Source of the DNA: Cyanophora paradoxa CCMP329 | Taxonomy: Eukaryota; Plantae; Glaucophyta | NCBI GenBank assembly: GCA_004431415.1 | Contig: QPMI01000399.1 | Span: 62,001-126,000, forward strand | DNA length: 64,000 bases | Direction: 5' to 3' | Shown: positions 1 to 13,129 of the stretch, piece after piece | Position numbering within the stretch: the stretch's first letter is position 1 | Layout: the number at the start of each line of letters is the position of its first letter | Program-made: the position numbers and the translations under genes | Notes under the pieces: model-generated | Told to the model about the DNA's origin: nothing | Databases searched by the model: none | What the model saw: only the letters and a program-made list of their open reading frames with translations

Positions 1-218
1 CCTTGCCGAGTCGGCCGGCCGCGGCGGGGTTGCTCCCCTCGCGATCGGCCGGCGGGCCCCGGCCGCGGGGTTGCCTGCCCCGCTCCCTGGCGCTCGTGAG
101 ATTCGGCGCTCGTATAGAACTATCCAGGGGTGGTACCGGTGCAGATACTCTTGGGTGGTGCAGGTATATACGTACTGGTTGGAGGCAAGGTATAGGAGAA
201 CAGGGGTATACGTATACA
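1..218 (+). repeat. Segment duplicated in inverted orientation at 23789-24006 (homology may extend upstream of the window)
   Basis: 1-218 is the reverse complement of 23789-24006; ORF 3..221 reappears at the start of ORF 23435..24004(-). Confidence 0.95.
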
Positions 219-1412
219 TAGCAGCTAGCATTGCAACAAGCGAGTCCCTGCGGAGCAGGAGTGGCCTTGGGTCTTGGGGTCTCAAGGCGTGAGGGTGGCC
301 GCTCTTTGTTTTAAAACGGGGCCCGCAACCGCGCGCGGTTATGGGGGAGGGGGGAGGAGAAATAGGGGGGTCCACTCGGCAAGGGTACACACTCAAGTGA
401 GAGGGTACAGAATTGTGCTGCAAGGGTACAGATATCGATGCGGGGCCCAATCGGCCGTCTTCACGTCGACGTTGATCGATCGTCGATCGCGATTCACACG
501 AACAGAGTTTTTTGTTGATACAATCATTGATGTTGTGATCGCCCAAACGTTCGCCAAATGATTGCCAACAAATCTTTCAATTGCGAGCGCCTAATTGATC
601 TGCCAATTACTGCTAACCAATTACTAACAATGACAGGCGCGCCCGCTCTGTTTATGAGTCTGTGAGAATTTGCATTGGCGAAGGGGAGCCAATGACATTT
701 GTGCTTGTCCGTGAATGGGGCGATTGAGCTTTTTGGCCAATGGCGATCGGGCTTAACGCGAACAATTTCGTTCATACGTGCTGTTAGTGCTTGTTAGAGG
801 TGTCACATTTGAAAAGTAGCACCGCCATCGTGCTCCCTAGGGTCGAAAATGGGTACCTAGGTCTAAAAATTTTGTCTATAAAATCAATTTGAAGTTCGGG
901 ACAAGATAGGCACAGACCTAAGGGCCTCTCCTTTCCCCAAGGCCGATATTAATTGCCAGCAATTTGCAAGCTTAAGTTGGCCCGGATCCGGAGCGCCGAA
1001 CTTTCCCGGAGTCAGTCATGGAGCTCGAGAGCACTAAAAGAGGTGTAAGATCAAGATATATATGTGATACGTGATAAATTGAAAAAACTTATATATAATG
1101 CAAAGCTATCTGGCGAGGCAGGTCCCGCACACAGGGCTTCAAATGCAAAATCCCATTTTTCGTCCGGAACTGTGCAAGCAGTTTCCCCCCCTCGCTGACT
1201 TGCCCCCCCCCCCCCCCCCCCCCCCCTCGCTGACTTCAGCACTAGCCTTCAGCCTGCGGGCGACCTTAACGCCATCGCCTCTAGCTCTGGCAGCAAGCAG
1301 TACTGCCTAGCTAACCCTGGTGTGCTCGCCGGTCGCTTGTTAGAAGAAGAAGAGTATGTCTAAGACACTATAACTGCACTTTTTGACATTTGACCACTTC
1401 TGCCCAAAGTCC

Positions 1413-1446
1413 TACCCAAACTTTGGGTTTACCCAAAGTTTGGGTA
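1413..1446. repeat. Perfect 16-bp inverted repeat with 2-nt spacer
   Basis: tacccaaactttgggt-tt-acccaaagtttgggta. Confidence 0.9.
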
Positions 1447-1448
1447 AA

Positions 1449-1470
1449 AGAGAGAGAGAAATGCAGTAGA
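1449..1470 (-). mobile_element. 3' tip of a family-B' (CT)n-tailed retroposon abutting the tail of LINE family A
   Basis: agagagagaaatgcagtaga is the reverse complement of the tctactgcatttctctctct end at 32371-32390. Confidence 0.7.
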
Positions 1471-4170
1471 AGAAGAAGAAGAGTATGTATAAGACATGCC
1501 CAAGCCAGCCGAACGGTTATGACGAAAGGCGAAGGACCCAAAGGCCCAAGGCACAATCGACAGTGAACCAGCCAGACAAGGGTAGTGAAGGCGCAAACGG
1601 GCGCCTATATAGTTCACCATGTATGCCCCGGCGGTCTGGCGCTCATACACGCAAACCTGGAAAACAATCGGCGAAATCCCAATGCGGGCCTCTTCCTAAT
1701 GCCGGCCTGGGGTATTCCCGATCCCGTTTAGAGGTTTAAACCCCAGCAGAAGAAAGATGTTAGAGGTCCATACTATCAGTGTCATCATCGCATTCAATGA
1801 GCACCACAGGAGAGCCAGGATCATCACTGAAAGCCAAAAAGTCAGCAGCAGAGGAAAGATGCAAACGTTTAACAGAAGGAAGGAGAGATTGGTCATTAGC
1901 ATCACCCGCAAATTCCTCAAAGAAACCAGGAGGATCAGGAGAAGGGGGCCGACGGCGCTTAAAGGAGATGTCAGGGGGCAAAACAGGGTCAGTGTCCAAA
2001 GGAATAAAGGAAGCAACAACAAATGACGAAGGAGTCATTGAAAGCAGGCCTTCACCCCCAGAGACAAGATCATCCTCCATGACATCAGCAACAACTCCCA
2101 AGGAAGGCAGAAGTAGGTCAGCATGAGGTTCGTAGTCAGTGAGATCAATGATAACTTGAGGAGAGAGCGGGGGCGAGCTGGTAGCATCAGCAACATCAGC
2201 GATAACGTCAGGAGCTTGCACAGAAGATCCCAAAACATCGACACGGCGACGGCGAAGAGGCGGCTCGTCTTCAGTGTCAAAATCCGGCGGGGGGTGAGGG
2301 GGAATGTGAGGGGGCGAAGGAGACGGAGCAAGCATAGGGTCAGGAGCAGGAGCAGGGTCTGGTGCCCCAGGAGGGTCATCGTCATCCGAGGAGGTGCTTG
2401 TGGAAGAATCATCAGCATCGTCAGGGCCAAGGTCTGAAAGGTCAGAGGATTCCGAGCCGTTATCAGGAGGGGACACATAGCCTTCAAGGTCCTCTTTTTC
2501 GAGCCGCTGCAGTAAGACAGGTCGTGCACTGGCATAGGCAAACTGGGTAACAAGACAGCTAGAAGCTAAGTCGGGGCTAGGGGCAGGCTGAGAAATATGC
2601 TCACAGTGCTCAAAAGCTGCCAGGGATCGGTCGTAAGCACGAGCAGCGTCCAAGATATTAGCGTAAAATGAAGAGTGAGACGGGTCAGCCGTAGAGATGA
2701 AACAGAAGTCATTGCGGACGTAAGTGACTTTGAAGCGAGGTAAACGACGAGGAAGCATGTCCATAAAATCGTCCAGTTTGCGGAACAAGGTAGCCATCAG
2801 AGTAGTCGTCTTCAAGCCCGTCTTGGAGGAAGGCGTAAGGGGCAGCTGTGTATTAGGGTCCATCGCAAACGTAGCAGCAGCTTCAGAACGACCTGCACGA
2901 TAGGCCAGACAGTAGGAGCGGAAGATGACATGCAGTCCAAGAATGCGAACAACCTGCCACTCCCAATTCTGCAGGAACATCCAAGCATCGGAGAAACGGA
3001 CAGAGCCAGTGAGCAGCCAGACAACGAAGCGTGCAGAAGGAATGGGCATCGGCTGGAGCTGCAAGGCATGAAAGATGAGCGACCAGAACTGCTGTACAAC
3101 GGGGCAGAGAACGAAAACGTGCAGCGCATTACAGCGCCGGTGGCAGACCGGACACAAAGAAGAGAGGAGCTCACTGTCAAGCAAATTTGCCGAAGCAGGA
3201 CGTTGAATATCAGAGCGCGCAGCCATATCAGCGATGCGGGACGATGTGCGGAGAGCGTTGTAGCGCAGTGCAAAGTAGCCGTCAAGGACGCGCTGCGTGA
3301 GAGCGTAGCGCAGGTCGGGAATCACCGTGTTAAACCAAGGAAAGCGATCGGTGCGCGCGTCGTAGCCCGGCGGCCAGAGGAACTTTGGAGAGAGATCAGC
3401 ACGTCACTTAGCCTCAGCGGTCGTCGGCGCCATGAAAGCGTGGGAGGAGAGGTACTTGTACACGTCGTGAACCGTGAAACGCGACGGGGCAGCAGGCAGC
3501 TTGTACGCAACCGACTTAGACAGGTGCAGCTCTTCCTTCGAACGATCGTTGATGTTCTCACGGTCAGAGTAGAACGCAAACGTACGGGAAGACGACGGTG
3601 GCAGCGGACGGAGTGCAAGGTCGGAGAGCTGCACCGAGTTCATGAGGAACCGGACGAGTGCGGGCATGGAGGACAACTTGCAAGCGTTCTTAACAAGGCT
3701 AAGCGCATGCGCAGGCACGGGAATGAAGTCGATCGCACGGATCGCGGGCCGGATCGCAAGCACATCGGGGAGGGCGGCGGGATTGTCAATCGAAGCACTG
3801 CAGGGCACGTCAATCTCATGAAAAGCGAGCTGAGTGTCAGGAAGAAGGCAAGCACGACAGAGAGCTACGCCCTGGAGCGAAAGGCGCTCAGCAGCAAGTT
3901 TCGAGAAAGGGCTTTTTTTTTTGGAAAGTCTGCTCCATTCGTACACACATGACAGCAGTCCGCTCCGCGCCTACCGGATACTGGGAAAGCCAAGCTACAC
4001 TGAGGAAAAAGGGCGAGCTCGGTTCTATAGCTTGTTGTCGTAGTCGAGCTGATGCTGAAGCTGTAGCCGTCAGGTCGCCCCCAACACATAATATGCGCCG
4101 GTCCTCAAGTAGGATCCGGAGGCGTAGGCATGCTGAGCTACACGGTCCTAGATGCCCTCTTGCAGGTTCT
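1467..4170 (-). mobile_element. 5'-truncated L1/Tx1-like non-LTR retrotransposon (family A) with (CTT)n tail; 5' boundary approximate
   Basis: zf-RVT-like motif CPVCHRRCNALHVFVLCPVVQQFW; 3' UTR homologous to the TSD-flanked insertion at 22669-22968; ends ...acatactcttcttcttct. Confidence 0.8.
1760..3946 (-). pseudogene. LINE A ORF2 C-terminal half (zf-RVT plus acidic/Pro-rich tail) with a premature stop
   Basis: The frame of ORF 3404..3946 stops at a TGA (3404-3406) where the paralogous copy at 8051-8732 has TGG (KWRADLSPKF) and reads on into the 1760..3325 protein. Confidence 0.8.
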
Positions 4171-5559
4171 AAAACATGGCCGCGGGTCGCTCGTGAGGGG
4201 GGGAGTTGAGAGAGGAGGTGGGGAGGGAGAGATGGGAGGGTAGGTTCAGGTTGTTGCGCTGGGTCTTGAATCGCCACGGGTGCGGCAGGGTGTTGGGAGC
4301 AGGTCGTCGCTGGCTGAACGTGGGGAGCCGAAGCTCCTAAACCTCGGCCTTACGGGCCCGGCTGGGCCCTGCCGACGCCGCGTTCGAGTCTCCTCCAGCT
4401 TGGCCTCCTCCCGCTCCCGTCGCCGCCGTGGGGTCCTGAGCGGGCGCGTCCTTACCTATGCGCGCACCCTCGTCCTAGCCCCGCCCCCCCCACTCCGACC
4501 CCCCCCCCCCCCCCCCCCCCCCTCCCTCCTATCTAATATGCCTAGTCTAGGTCACCGGCCGAAGGCAAAAAACTTTCATCAAAAAAATTCCTTCGTTGAG
4601 ACAGAGGGGCGGGCCCAGGTGAGGGAGCCTTATTGGTTCAGGACAGGTGAGGGCGCGGCCCCGGAAAGGCTAGGTGGTAAGAAGAGAAAAAAAAGGGGAG
4701 GTAAATTCTCCCTTGAAATGGAACGTGGATGTCGACATGACTTAGCCGAGAAAGAAAGTGAAAGGGCCAGTACGAAAGTGAGGGTGAGTGAAACTAGCTC
4801 GAGGGCAGTTGCCCAGGAAAGCGGTCGCGGATCTGCACTGACTATCTAGAAAGGAAAAGAAAAGATGTCGGGCTACGCCGCCGACTGGAAGTGGCGCTTG
4901 ACTGCGTCGGCCGCGGCCGCGTACGCGGCCTTCGCGGCCAGCTTGCGCTTGCTCTCCCGGAAGGTCTGCTGGCGCGGGGCAGGCGGCGGCATGGCCGTGG
5001 CGGCCGCGGCGGCCGGCCCCATGGAGAGGATGGCCCGGCGGACGGCCTCCTGGAACTCGGGGGACGCGGAAGCGGGGATTTCGCCAGTTGCTGCGGCGGC
5101 GGCGAGGCGCTCGGCCGCGCGACGCTCCTGGCGGCGAATCTGCAGGCGTGGCGTCGGCGAAGCGGCGCGCACGCGCGCGCTAGTCGGAGTGCTAGTCGGG
5201 GCGCGCGCGCGCTCTAGTCGAGGCATGCGCACGCGTTAACCATGCGCGTTACACACCTTAGAAGGAGGCTGGTGCCTGCGCGGCTGCGCCTGGACCGGCC
5301 GCTGCATCTCGAGGAGGCTGAAGCGGCGGACGGCGCTGCTCGTGGTGCTCACGGAGGCCGACGAGGAGACGGAGGCGCGGTCGTCGTCGTCGCTGCCGGC
5401 ATCGTCGTCGGCGTTGACGGCGGCGCGCGTGCGCGCGACTTTTGACGCGAAGGTGTCGATGGCCAAGCGCTCGGCCGCCGCCCGCGCCGCGTTGGCCGCC
5501 GCTTTCGCCGCTGCGGACCCCGGGGCCGCGCCGTACGCACGCACCGCCTTCTTAGCCGC

Positions 5560-6475
5560 GTTGTCTCAAGTTTCGAGAAAGGGCCAATAGCGAGACCTCC
5601 AGGTTCGTGTTTCCAGTCTGCAGTTTTACCACAACGCCAAACCTCTGCGCAAGTCGATTATTGAGCGCATGCAGCTGGTCGCGCAGTTGCTCAGGATAGG
5701 AGGGCTCGACATAGAGGGTATGTTCTCCAGAGAAATCCCAAAATTGATAGTTGAAACGGAAGCCGAGACGGAAGAGCAAGGTGAATGTGAAGTCACGCTC
5801 ATAGTACGTGTCTTTCTTATATCAGGGGTGCATGATCGGCATACGCAGGAAATCCCAGGCGCAGCGGGGCTTCTTGACATCGAAAATAGTCCGCCAGGCT
5901 TCGAAGATGGCAAAGAATGGGTCAGCAGGCGGAGGCCACAATGGCATCACCAGGCGATCAGTCCATTTAAGAAAAGGGAGCCAGAGCCCGAAACTACCAT
6001 TCTCCGTGAAAGCCTCAATAATTTCTCGGCCAAGAAGAGCTGCCGGGGAAGCAAGCCACGATTCCAAAGAGTTTGCGGCAAAGGCCAGCTGGAAGTGTTC
6101 AGGGGAGGGTGCTCCGAGACCACCGAGAGATACAGGCCGACACGAAGCAGTGGTCATGCCCTGATGGGGTAAGATGAACGCACCGGAATTCGAAGAACGC
6201 TTCCAGACGAAGGTCTGTAGGGATTTTGAGATAGCCCGGAGAATAAGAGGGGGTGCTGGAACTGCCCGAATATAGAAGCTCAACACGCCCTGACAGAAGG
6301 CATAGGGTATGCAACCCCGTCCAAGAAGGGAGGACTGGAAATCAACAGCTGTCTCCGTAAAGAAGGTCGCTTTATGCTGAATCATGTTCCATGATTGATG
6401 ATGCTCACGATCAAGAAGGAGCTGATGCGGGAAACCCAGCTGCTTATGGCAGGCGGGGTTGAGCTCAGCAAGCAA
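5560..6475 (-). pseudogene. Fragment of an L1-like ORF2, post-RT region
   Basis: FYIRAVPAP...FVWK...RPVSLGGLGAPS is typical of the L1/Tx1 region following RT. Confidence 0.65.
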
Positions 6476-6514
6476 GACTGGGGGCTCTCAAGACGAAGAG
6501 CGACCTGCTTGCGG

Positions 6515-6982
6515 GAATAGCAATCAGGGGGCTGCAAACGAGGCTAAGGTCTACATCAAGACCGACAGCTACGAGGGTGCTGGCCTCTGGGCGCCTCAAG
6601 GGACGGTGTGGGCGGGAAAACGCGAAATGAGGCGGCTCGGACACCGCGCTTGTTTGCGAAAACGCGTATGGGTACGCCAGTACAAGTTGACTACTTGGAT
6701 CAAATTCGGAGTTTGAGACTTAACTGCAAAATTCAGGGCTCGAACAGCCGGCTCGCTAACCTCAGATACCCATTAACTCACTTGGCTTAATTCTCGCACG
6801 CGATAGACTCAGAGATCTGGATCAGGATCGTATGCTGGAGATATCTGATTTCGAATATACTGCCGGCCGTACACTCTAGTTGAATACAATTGGATGCCTG
6901 AATAGCGATCAGGGGGCTGCAAACGAGGCTAAGGTCTACATCAAGACCGACAGCTACGAGGGTGCTGGCCTCTGGGCGCCTC
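6515..6982 (+). repeat. 83-bp direct repeat (6515-6597 and 6900-6982), spacing 385 bp
   Basis: gaatagc(a/g)atcagggggctgcaaacg...ctctgggcgcctc occurs twice with one mismatch. Confidence 0.9.
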
Positions 6983-7158
6983 CGATGCGAACGAAATGAA
7001 ATGAAGAGAAGCGGCATCCAATGAATAGAATAAGATTTGGACATGGTGTGAGAGAAAACTCGGGACTGCCGCACCGGGGGCGACTCAAGCGTGCTGCCCG
7101 GAGCAGAATCACGCCCCCGGCGGGTCGCTAGCGGTGGGGGGAAAACCGGGCAAAACCC

Positions 7159-8050
7159 CTACCGCGCCCGAGCTCCGGCGGCACGCCGCCGCTGCGAGGT
7201 TGAGGCTGCCTGGGGAGCGAGCTCGAGGCCGGCCCCTGCCAGGGCTGCAGCTGCGGGGCCGGAAGCTGGCCAGATAGAGGAGCGGAGGCGGAGGATGGAT
7301 TCTGGGGGAGTGCGAATATAGACCAGGAAGGCGTCGCTCTTCCAGCGACCAAGGAGCTGAATGGCGTAGGCCGGCATGCCGGCCTCCGCAGCCGCCGTCG
7401 CTGCGCCGATTCGGAAGGAGTGGGGCTGAAGGTGCTGGGCTGCAGGAACTTTTGCGGCGACGAGCCAGGACACGAGGGCGGCCGAGAAGGCAGAGCGATG
7501 GAGGGGCCGCCCATCGCCGTGGCAGAACAGGAAGTCGCCCGGGCAGTGGGCGAAGGCGTCGACAAGGCGGCGGAGGGCGCAGTGGGCGCACACGGGATCG
7601 TCGACGTGAGGCAGGTCGACGTCGACGCCACTCCAAGCCTGGTCGGTCTTCGAGGCCTTGAGGCGGAGGCGGGCAAAGGGTGGGGTCGCTGGGGATTCGT
7701 GAAAGGAGAGATCGCGGCGGAGAAAGAGGCGGGTGGGGTCGGCAGGAGAGCGTGTGGCGCAGATTTTGCCTGCGTGAAGGAAGCCGAAGAAGGCCGTGGA
7801 GAAGGTGGTGGCGAGGAGGAGGGAATCGTGGGGGCCGTTTGGTTCTGTAAGAGACTGCTGCAGGAGGCGGGAGAGGATCTCGGGAGTGATCGGGAGGCGT
7901 CGAGGGCGGTCAGAGGCCGGAGAGGCGTGCTCAATGCCCTTGAGGGCGCGCTGGAGGCGAGGGGAGGAGGACATGAAGGTGCGGAAGCCGGAGTCGACGT
8001 GCAAGGACTGCACGGCATACATGTAGGTGCGGACGGAGCTAGGAGCGACC
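7159..8050 (-). pseudogene. DIRS/Ngaro-type tyrosine recombinase, 5'-truncated, first catalytic Arg replaced by His
   Basis: AFFGFLHAGKI, LKASKTDQ, HSFRIGAAT, LGRWKSDAFLVYIR (R-K-H-R-W-Y arrangement). Confidence 0.9.
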
Positions 8051-8732
8051 CGCATGCGCTTAGCCTTGTTAAGAACGCTTGCAAGTTGTCCTCCATGCCT
8101 GCCCTCGTCCGGTTCCTCATGAACTCGGTACAGCTTTCCGACCTTGCACTCCGTCCGCTGCCACCGTCGTCTTCCCGTACGTTTGCGTTCTACTCTGACC
8201 GCGAGAACATCAACGATCGTTTAAAGGAAGAGCTGCGCCTCTCTAAGTCGGTTGTGCACAAGCTGCCTGATGCCCCGTCGTGTTTCACGGTTCACGACGT
8301 GTACAAGTACCTCTCCTCCCACGCTTTCATGGTGCCGACGACCGCTGAGACTAAGTGGCGTGCTGATCTCTCTCCAAAGTTCCTCTGGCCGCCGGGCTAC
8401 GACGCGCGCACCGATCGCTTTCCTTGGTTTAACACGGTGATTCCCGACCTGCGCTACGCTCTCACGCAGCGCGTCCTTGACGGCTACTTTGCACTGCGCT
8501 ACAACGCTCTCCGCACATCGTCCCGCATCGCTGATATGGCTGCGCGCTCTGATATTCAACGTCCTGCTTCGGCAAATTTGCTTGACAGTGAGCTCCTCTC
8601 TTCTTTGTGTCCGGTCTGCCACCGGCGCTGTAATGCGCTGCACGTTTTCGTTCTCTGCCCCGTTGTACAGCAGTTCTGGTCGCTCATCTTTCATGCCTTG
8701 CAGCTCCAGCCGATGCCCATTCCTTCTGCACG
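8051..8732 (+). mobile_element. Internal fragment of LINE family A, inverted paralogue of about 3029-3710
   Basis: Near-identical translation HALSLVKNACK...QPMPIPSAR; no tail and no TSD. Confidence 0.9.
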
Positions 8733-11700
8733 GACTTTACCTACGTAAACGTCCAAAAACCATCCGCCCATTCTCTCGGTGGGACCCCGGTAGCAACGTG
8801 CTCGAGCCCTCGAAGGAATTTAAGCTTCTCGGACTTCGTATGACCGCAAATCTTTCGCGCGGCCCCCAGCTCCGCCACCTGCAAGCCATCAGCCGCACGA
8901 CCGCCGCCATAATATCGAAGAAACCCCCGGGGCCTCACGGCCGCGGAGAGCGTCTACATTATTAACCACATAATTATCGCCCGGATTGCGTACTGCTTCA
9001 AGGCCTTTACCCTGACGCAGGCTGAAGCGAAGTCCCTTGATGCGATCTGGCTCACAACAGTTAAACACCATGCAGGGCTAAGCCGCTCATTGCCCAATGC
9101 CGCTCTCTTCTGTAAAGGGCTCTACGGGCTGCATCGTGTAGAGGACGTCCAAGCTTGGACCCAGCTCCTCGACGAAAATATTCGATTCGTCCACCCAGTG
9201 CTCGCGCCCTTCCTACAACATCGCATCGCAGCAGCACAGGAAATGCTCGGACTCCCGCTGCTTCCGCACACGTATACGCAGCTGAAGCCCTCGCCGGCAA
9301 TGCGTCGCTACCATCTTTGCCTGAGCCTCATCCCACAACTGCACCGCCGGGGCTACTCGATCGACTCTGTCCTGCCCGGCTCCTGGGCGGCAACCCTTCC
9401 CTCGCCGCGGTTGCAGAGACACTATGTCATCACTGCCCACCTCCCGTGGGCCCTCCTACGCACAGCGGGCCCCACCCTCTGGAAGTACGACCTCCTCACC
9501 ACGGCCGACCTCACCGGAGTCACAACCTCTCCGCTCTCCTGGGCCACGCTCTGGGCCTCCGGACGCGTCCCCCGGGAAGCCCGCCGCCCCCCTCCCTGGT
9601 ATCCCGACGTACTTCATGCCATTAGCGCCGACGTGACAGAAATGCCTCTCCGCCTCGCCCACCCTATGCCCCTTGCCGACGGTGACCGCCCACCAGACCA
9701 GGCCCGGACCCGCGGCCAGCTCTCCCTCCCCGAGCTTGGCTTCTTCGAGCAAAAAGTTCGCCTGCGGTCAATAGTCTGGACCTCCTCCGGCCTCCTTGCC
9801 GAAGTCCGTGGGTTCTGCAAATTTACAGAAGACGGCGTTACCTACCACGCGGTTACGCTGCATCACTTTACGCTACACGCCCAAGCTCGCCTGGGCGCTG
9901 CATCGGGCACTTACCGACGCTGCACAGCGGACTCGCGCTGCGAGTGGCAATACTGGGAGGACTCGGACGAAGCCCTCGCAATGCGACGCCAAATCGGCCA
10001 CTCCGAAAAAGATTCCGGGGAATGCACCTGGACTGAATATCTGACTCATGTTACCCTAGTACGGGGCGTCCGACGCCTCCAATCCCGGTCAACCAAGCGT
10101 ACTGGCGAACTGCTTGAAGTCAGCCACAAAGACGCAGCCTGGTGGAACGAATTGAGGATACGCTCTTCCTCCCTCCTTGGAAGCAATCTGGAAATTTGCC
10201 GAAGGGGACTGCGCCGCCCGACCCCCACCGCCCGAAGGGGAAGCAATCGTGGAAGCCCCCCCACCGCCCGACCACGCCCACTCTAGCCCGTCCCTACGTT
10301 TCCGCGGAGGGCTCACGCCTGTCCCCCTCGATGCCTTCCTAATCCCGCAAGCCCCGGACCCCTTCTGGCGCGCCATAGCCGCAGCACTGCGCTGCAACAG
10401 GGTCCCCCAGCGTGAACGAACTCCGATTTCTTACTCAGATGCCAGCACGGTGCAGGCGGGCACACCGGCCAGGCGCAGCTCTGCAGCAATTATCTGGCCC
10501 GCCCCGCTCCAGAAAGACACCAGTCGGGCACGAGCAAAATTACCTGGTGCCGCACGGAGTACGCCTCTCGCCGACGACCGAGAACGATCCCAATGGATCA
10601 CCCAAGCGGACCGCCTCCGCTGCCAACACGGACCGTTCGCCCCCCGGCAGGACCCCTTCCCGGTAGATGGCTCTAAATTTGCCATCTTGCATGCATATGG
10701 GAGGTAAACAACAATAAAACGGAGGCGCGGGGAGGCCTTCTTGCCGAGGTGATCAACGTCGACGGATTGTGGCACTTCACGGACTCGGAATTTCTGTGCC
10801 AAGGACACCGCAAATTCGTGACCTTCGGCGGAGCAACAACTATCCGCCAGCGCCTGCGCACAGACTGTGCGCATGAATTCGAGGCCTGGCGCCAGCTCCG
10901 CGCGCATCGGGACCAACTCCAAGCCCAAGCCTGGCGGAACGACCCCAGGGGCCCCCCTATATCCACCGCAGCCAGATACAGCGAAGGTCACGTCCGCATC
11001 TTCAAAGTGCGGGCCCATCAATCCATAACGAAGAAAATTACGCGCCCCAAACCACCCGCGCGCTATCAGCCGCCCCGGGCCTGGGCGGACGCTCTTTTTG
11101 ACGATCACGCGCGTTACCCCTCCGAGGCGTCGGAGAGCTCTAGCTCAGACGCGCCCACCCCCCTTCGGCCGGCGCCCCCGCGGTCCCCGCGAGTCCCGCA
11201 GACCCCAAGCCCGCCCGCCTCCCCGTCTTCCTCCCCCCCCACCCCACCCCTCCGCCCCCCACCACCTCAGCCTCCGGCCCTGTCGCCCCCCTCCCTCGCT
11301 CGACTTCGCGAGGCTCTTCCGCACCTGCCTGCCTCTACCCGCCGCGCCCCGCAAATTGAACTCGAAACAGTCACCGTCCCCAACCCGGACTACGACGAAT
11401 TCAATCACGCAGTGGACCGGCTCTCCCGATGGGCCGCGGAACACGACCACCCCCTCGTCCCCTCCACTCAATGGGCGGCGGCGCACCCAGAACTCATCCA
11501 GTGGGACCCATCACCGGCTTTTCCTGCCCACCAAGCCGCCTCGCTTGCAGACCGGCGAGCCCTCCTCGCAGGACGAGAACCGCTCTTCCCCCCTGGCGGC
11601 CTGCCGGTCTCGATCATCAAGAATAAACGCACCACTGCCTCGAGCTCTAGCTTCTACAACGTTGTTGCTGCCGTCACAGGTTACGCAGTGCGAGTTGAGG

Positions 11701-12850
11701 GTGACCCCTACAAGCACATCGGCGCCACTAACGAACTTTTAAATTTCAATCGCCTGCTCCTTACTTCAGCCGGCGGACTGCTGCGCCTGCGGGTCGACCA
11801 CGGGCGCTTCTTTAAACAAACGGGGCTCCGTTTCGCCGGCAGAGCCCGAGAAGCTGACCCTGATGCAACTCAACTTCTCTTGCGCTACCTACCCACACAT
11901 CAGCGTCGGGCACGGGACGCACCCCATCTATACTCGACTCTCAACCCTGATGGACGATGCGTACGTTGCTCAGTATCCACCGAAAATGCAGGCTCAGCGC
12001 CGCGCAAGACTCAACTCCATGCCCTCATCTACTGCCCCCACCCGGCAACCCAGACCGTCCGCCGCCACCTCCACTCCCGCCTTCAAGCTATTCTTGCTGA
12101 CACCCTAGACTCAGACCGGGAGGAAGGACGTGAAGGCCGCAAATGGGAACGAAACACCGCCCTTCGGGACTTTTTCCGAGCGCTGGACCTCGTCCGTCCC
12201 GACCTCTGGGGGCAGAGCGAAGTGGACATCCCCCGCTGCCATACTAACACGCGGAGCCACTTCCTCATCCCCGCCCCTGATGGATCCGCACGAGCCGGCC
12301 CAGCCCAAATGCCCCAGAGCCCTGCAGAACGGTGAACCCTAATTATAATCGATCTAGCTACCAGCAGCCCCATCCCCCTTGCTTCGGGCCTCCTCCACGC
12401 AGCGCTCCTTCCCGCTCTCCGCACTCTTGGCGTGCGCAAAAGGGCGGCGACGAGCTGCGTCACTCAACTTCAATCTGTGCTCGACCATGAGCTTCGCTCA
12501 ATCTGGGCGACCCGCTGTTCAGAAGTCCAGCGATGGGAAAGCGCTCGTGGCCTCTCTGCCGCCCGGAAACACACCCCACACCCTGCAGGCTGGCGAACAG
12601 CTCCTCGGCCCCCCACAACCGCCCCAAGCTCGCCGTCGAGCTCGGAACTTCTTGCCAACTCACCTCCCCCTTCACCACCGTCATCCCTGACGCTCAGCGC
12701 CTCAGGCTCCTACGACCACATGCAGGACCAAGGCCCTGAACACGACGTTGAGGCCGGCGGCGGCTCCAGCCTCCTCAATACCCCTGCCTCGATCTCACCC
12801 CCTCCCAGCCCCCCCGCCAGCTCTCCCCCATGGATCGATCACGATAATGG

Positions 12851-12940
12851 GAGAGAGAGAGAGAGCAAGTAAAAGACACGCCCACGCCAGCAAGACTGGG
12901 TATGACAAAACCGCAGAGGCCCCTAGAGGGGCGTGCAAGC
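12851..12940 (-). mobile_element. 90-bp 3' end of a family-B retroposon with (CT)n tail and 12-bp TSD
   Basis: TSD tcacgataatgg at 12839-12850 and 12941-12952; body matches the 3' end of the element ending at 19746. Confidence 0.92.
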
Positions 12941-13129
12941 TCACGATAATGGACTGGCCGACGAGCCAGGAATTCCTCAGCAGGTACTGCAACATGCTGC
13001 CTCCTCGACTCCTGACCAGGACAGCCCCCCCACAGCCGCCCCAGTAGCCTCAACCGCTCCGCCCTGGCCGCCGACGTCTCTTTGGGCCCCCCTTGCCGCT
13101 CGCATCCTCAACCCAACCGCCTCTCCCAG

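Noticed and set aside
4873-5544. Ala/Arg-rich minus-strand gene with a possible 45-nt intron
   Set aside because: Low complexity and no recognisable domain; cannot be supported from sequence alone.
7420-8748. 442-aa ORF as a real gene
   Set aside because: Chimera of the antisense recombinase strand and a LINE A fragment.
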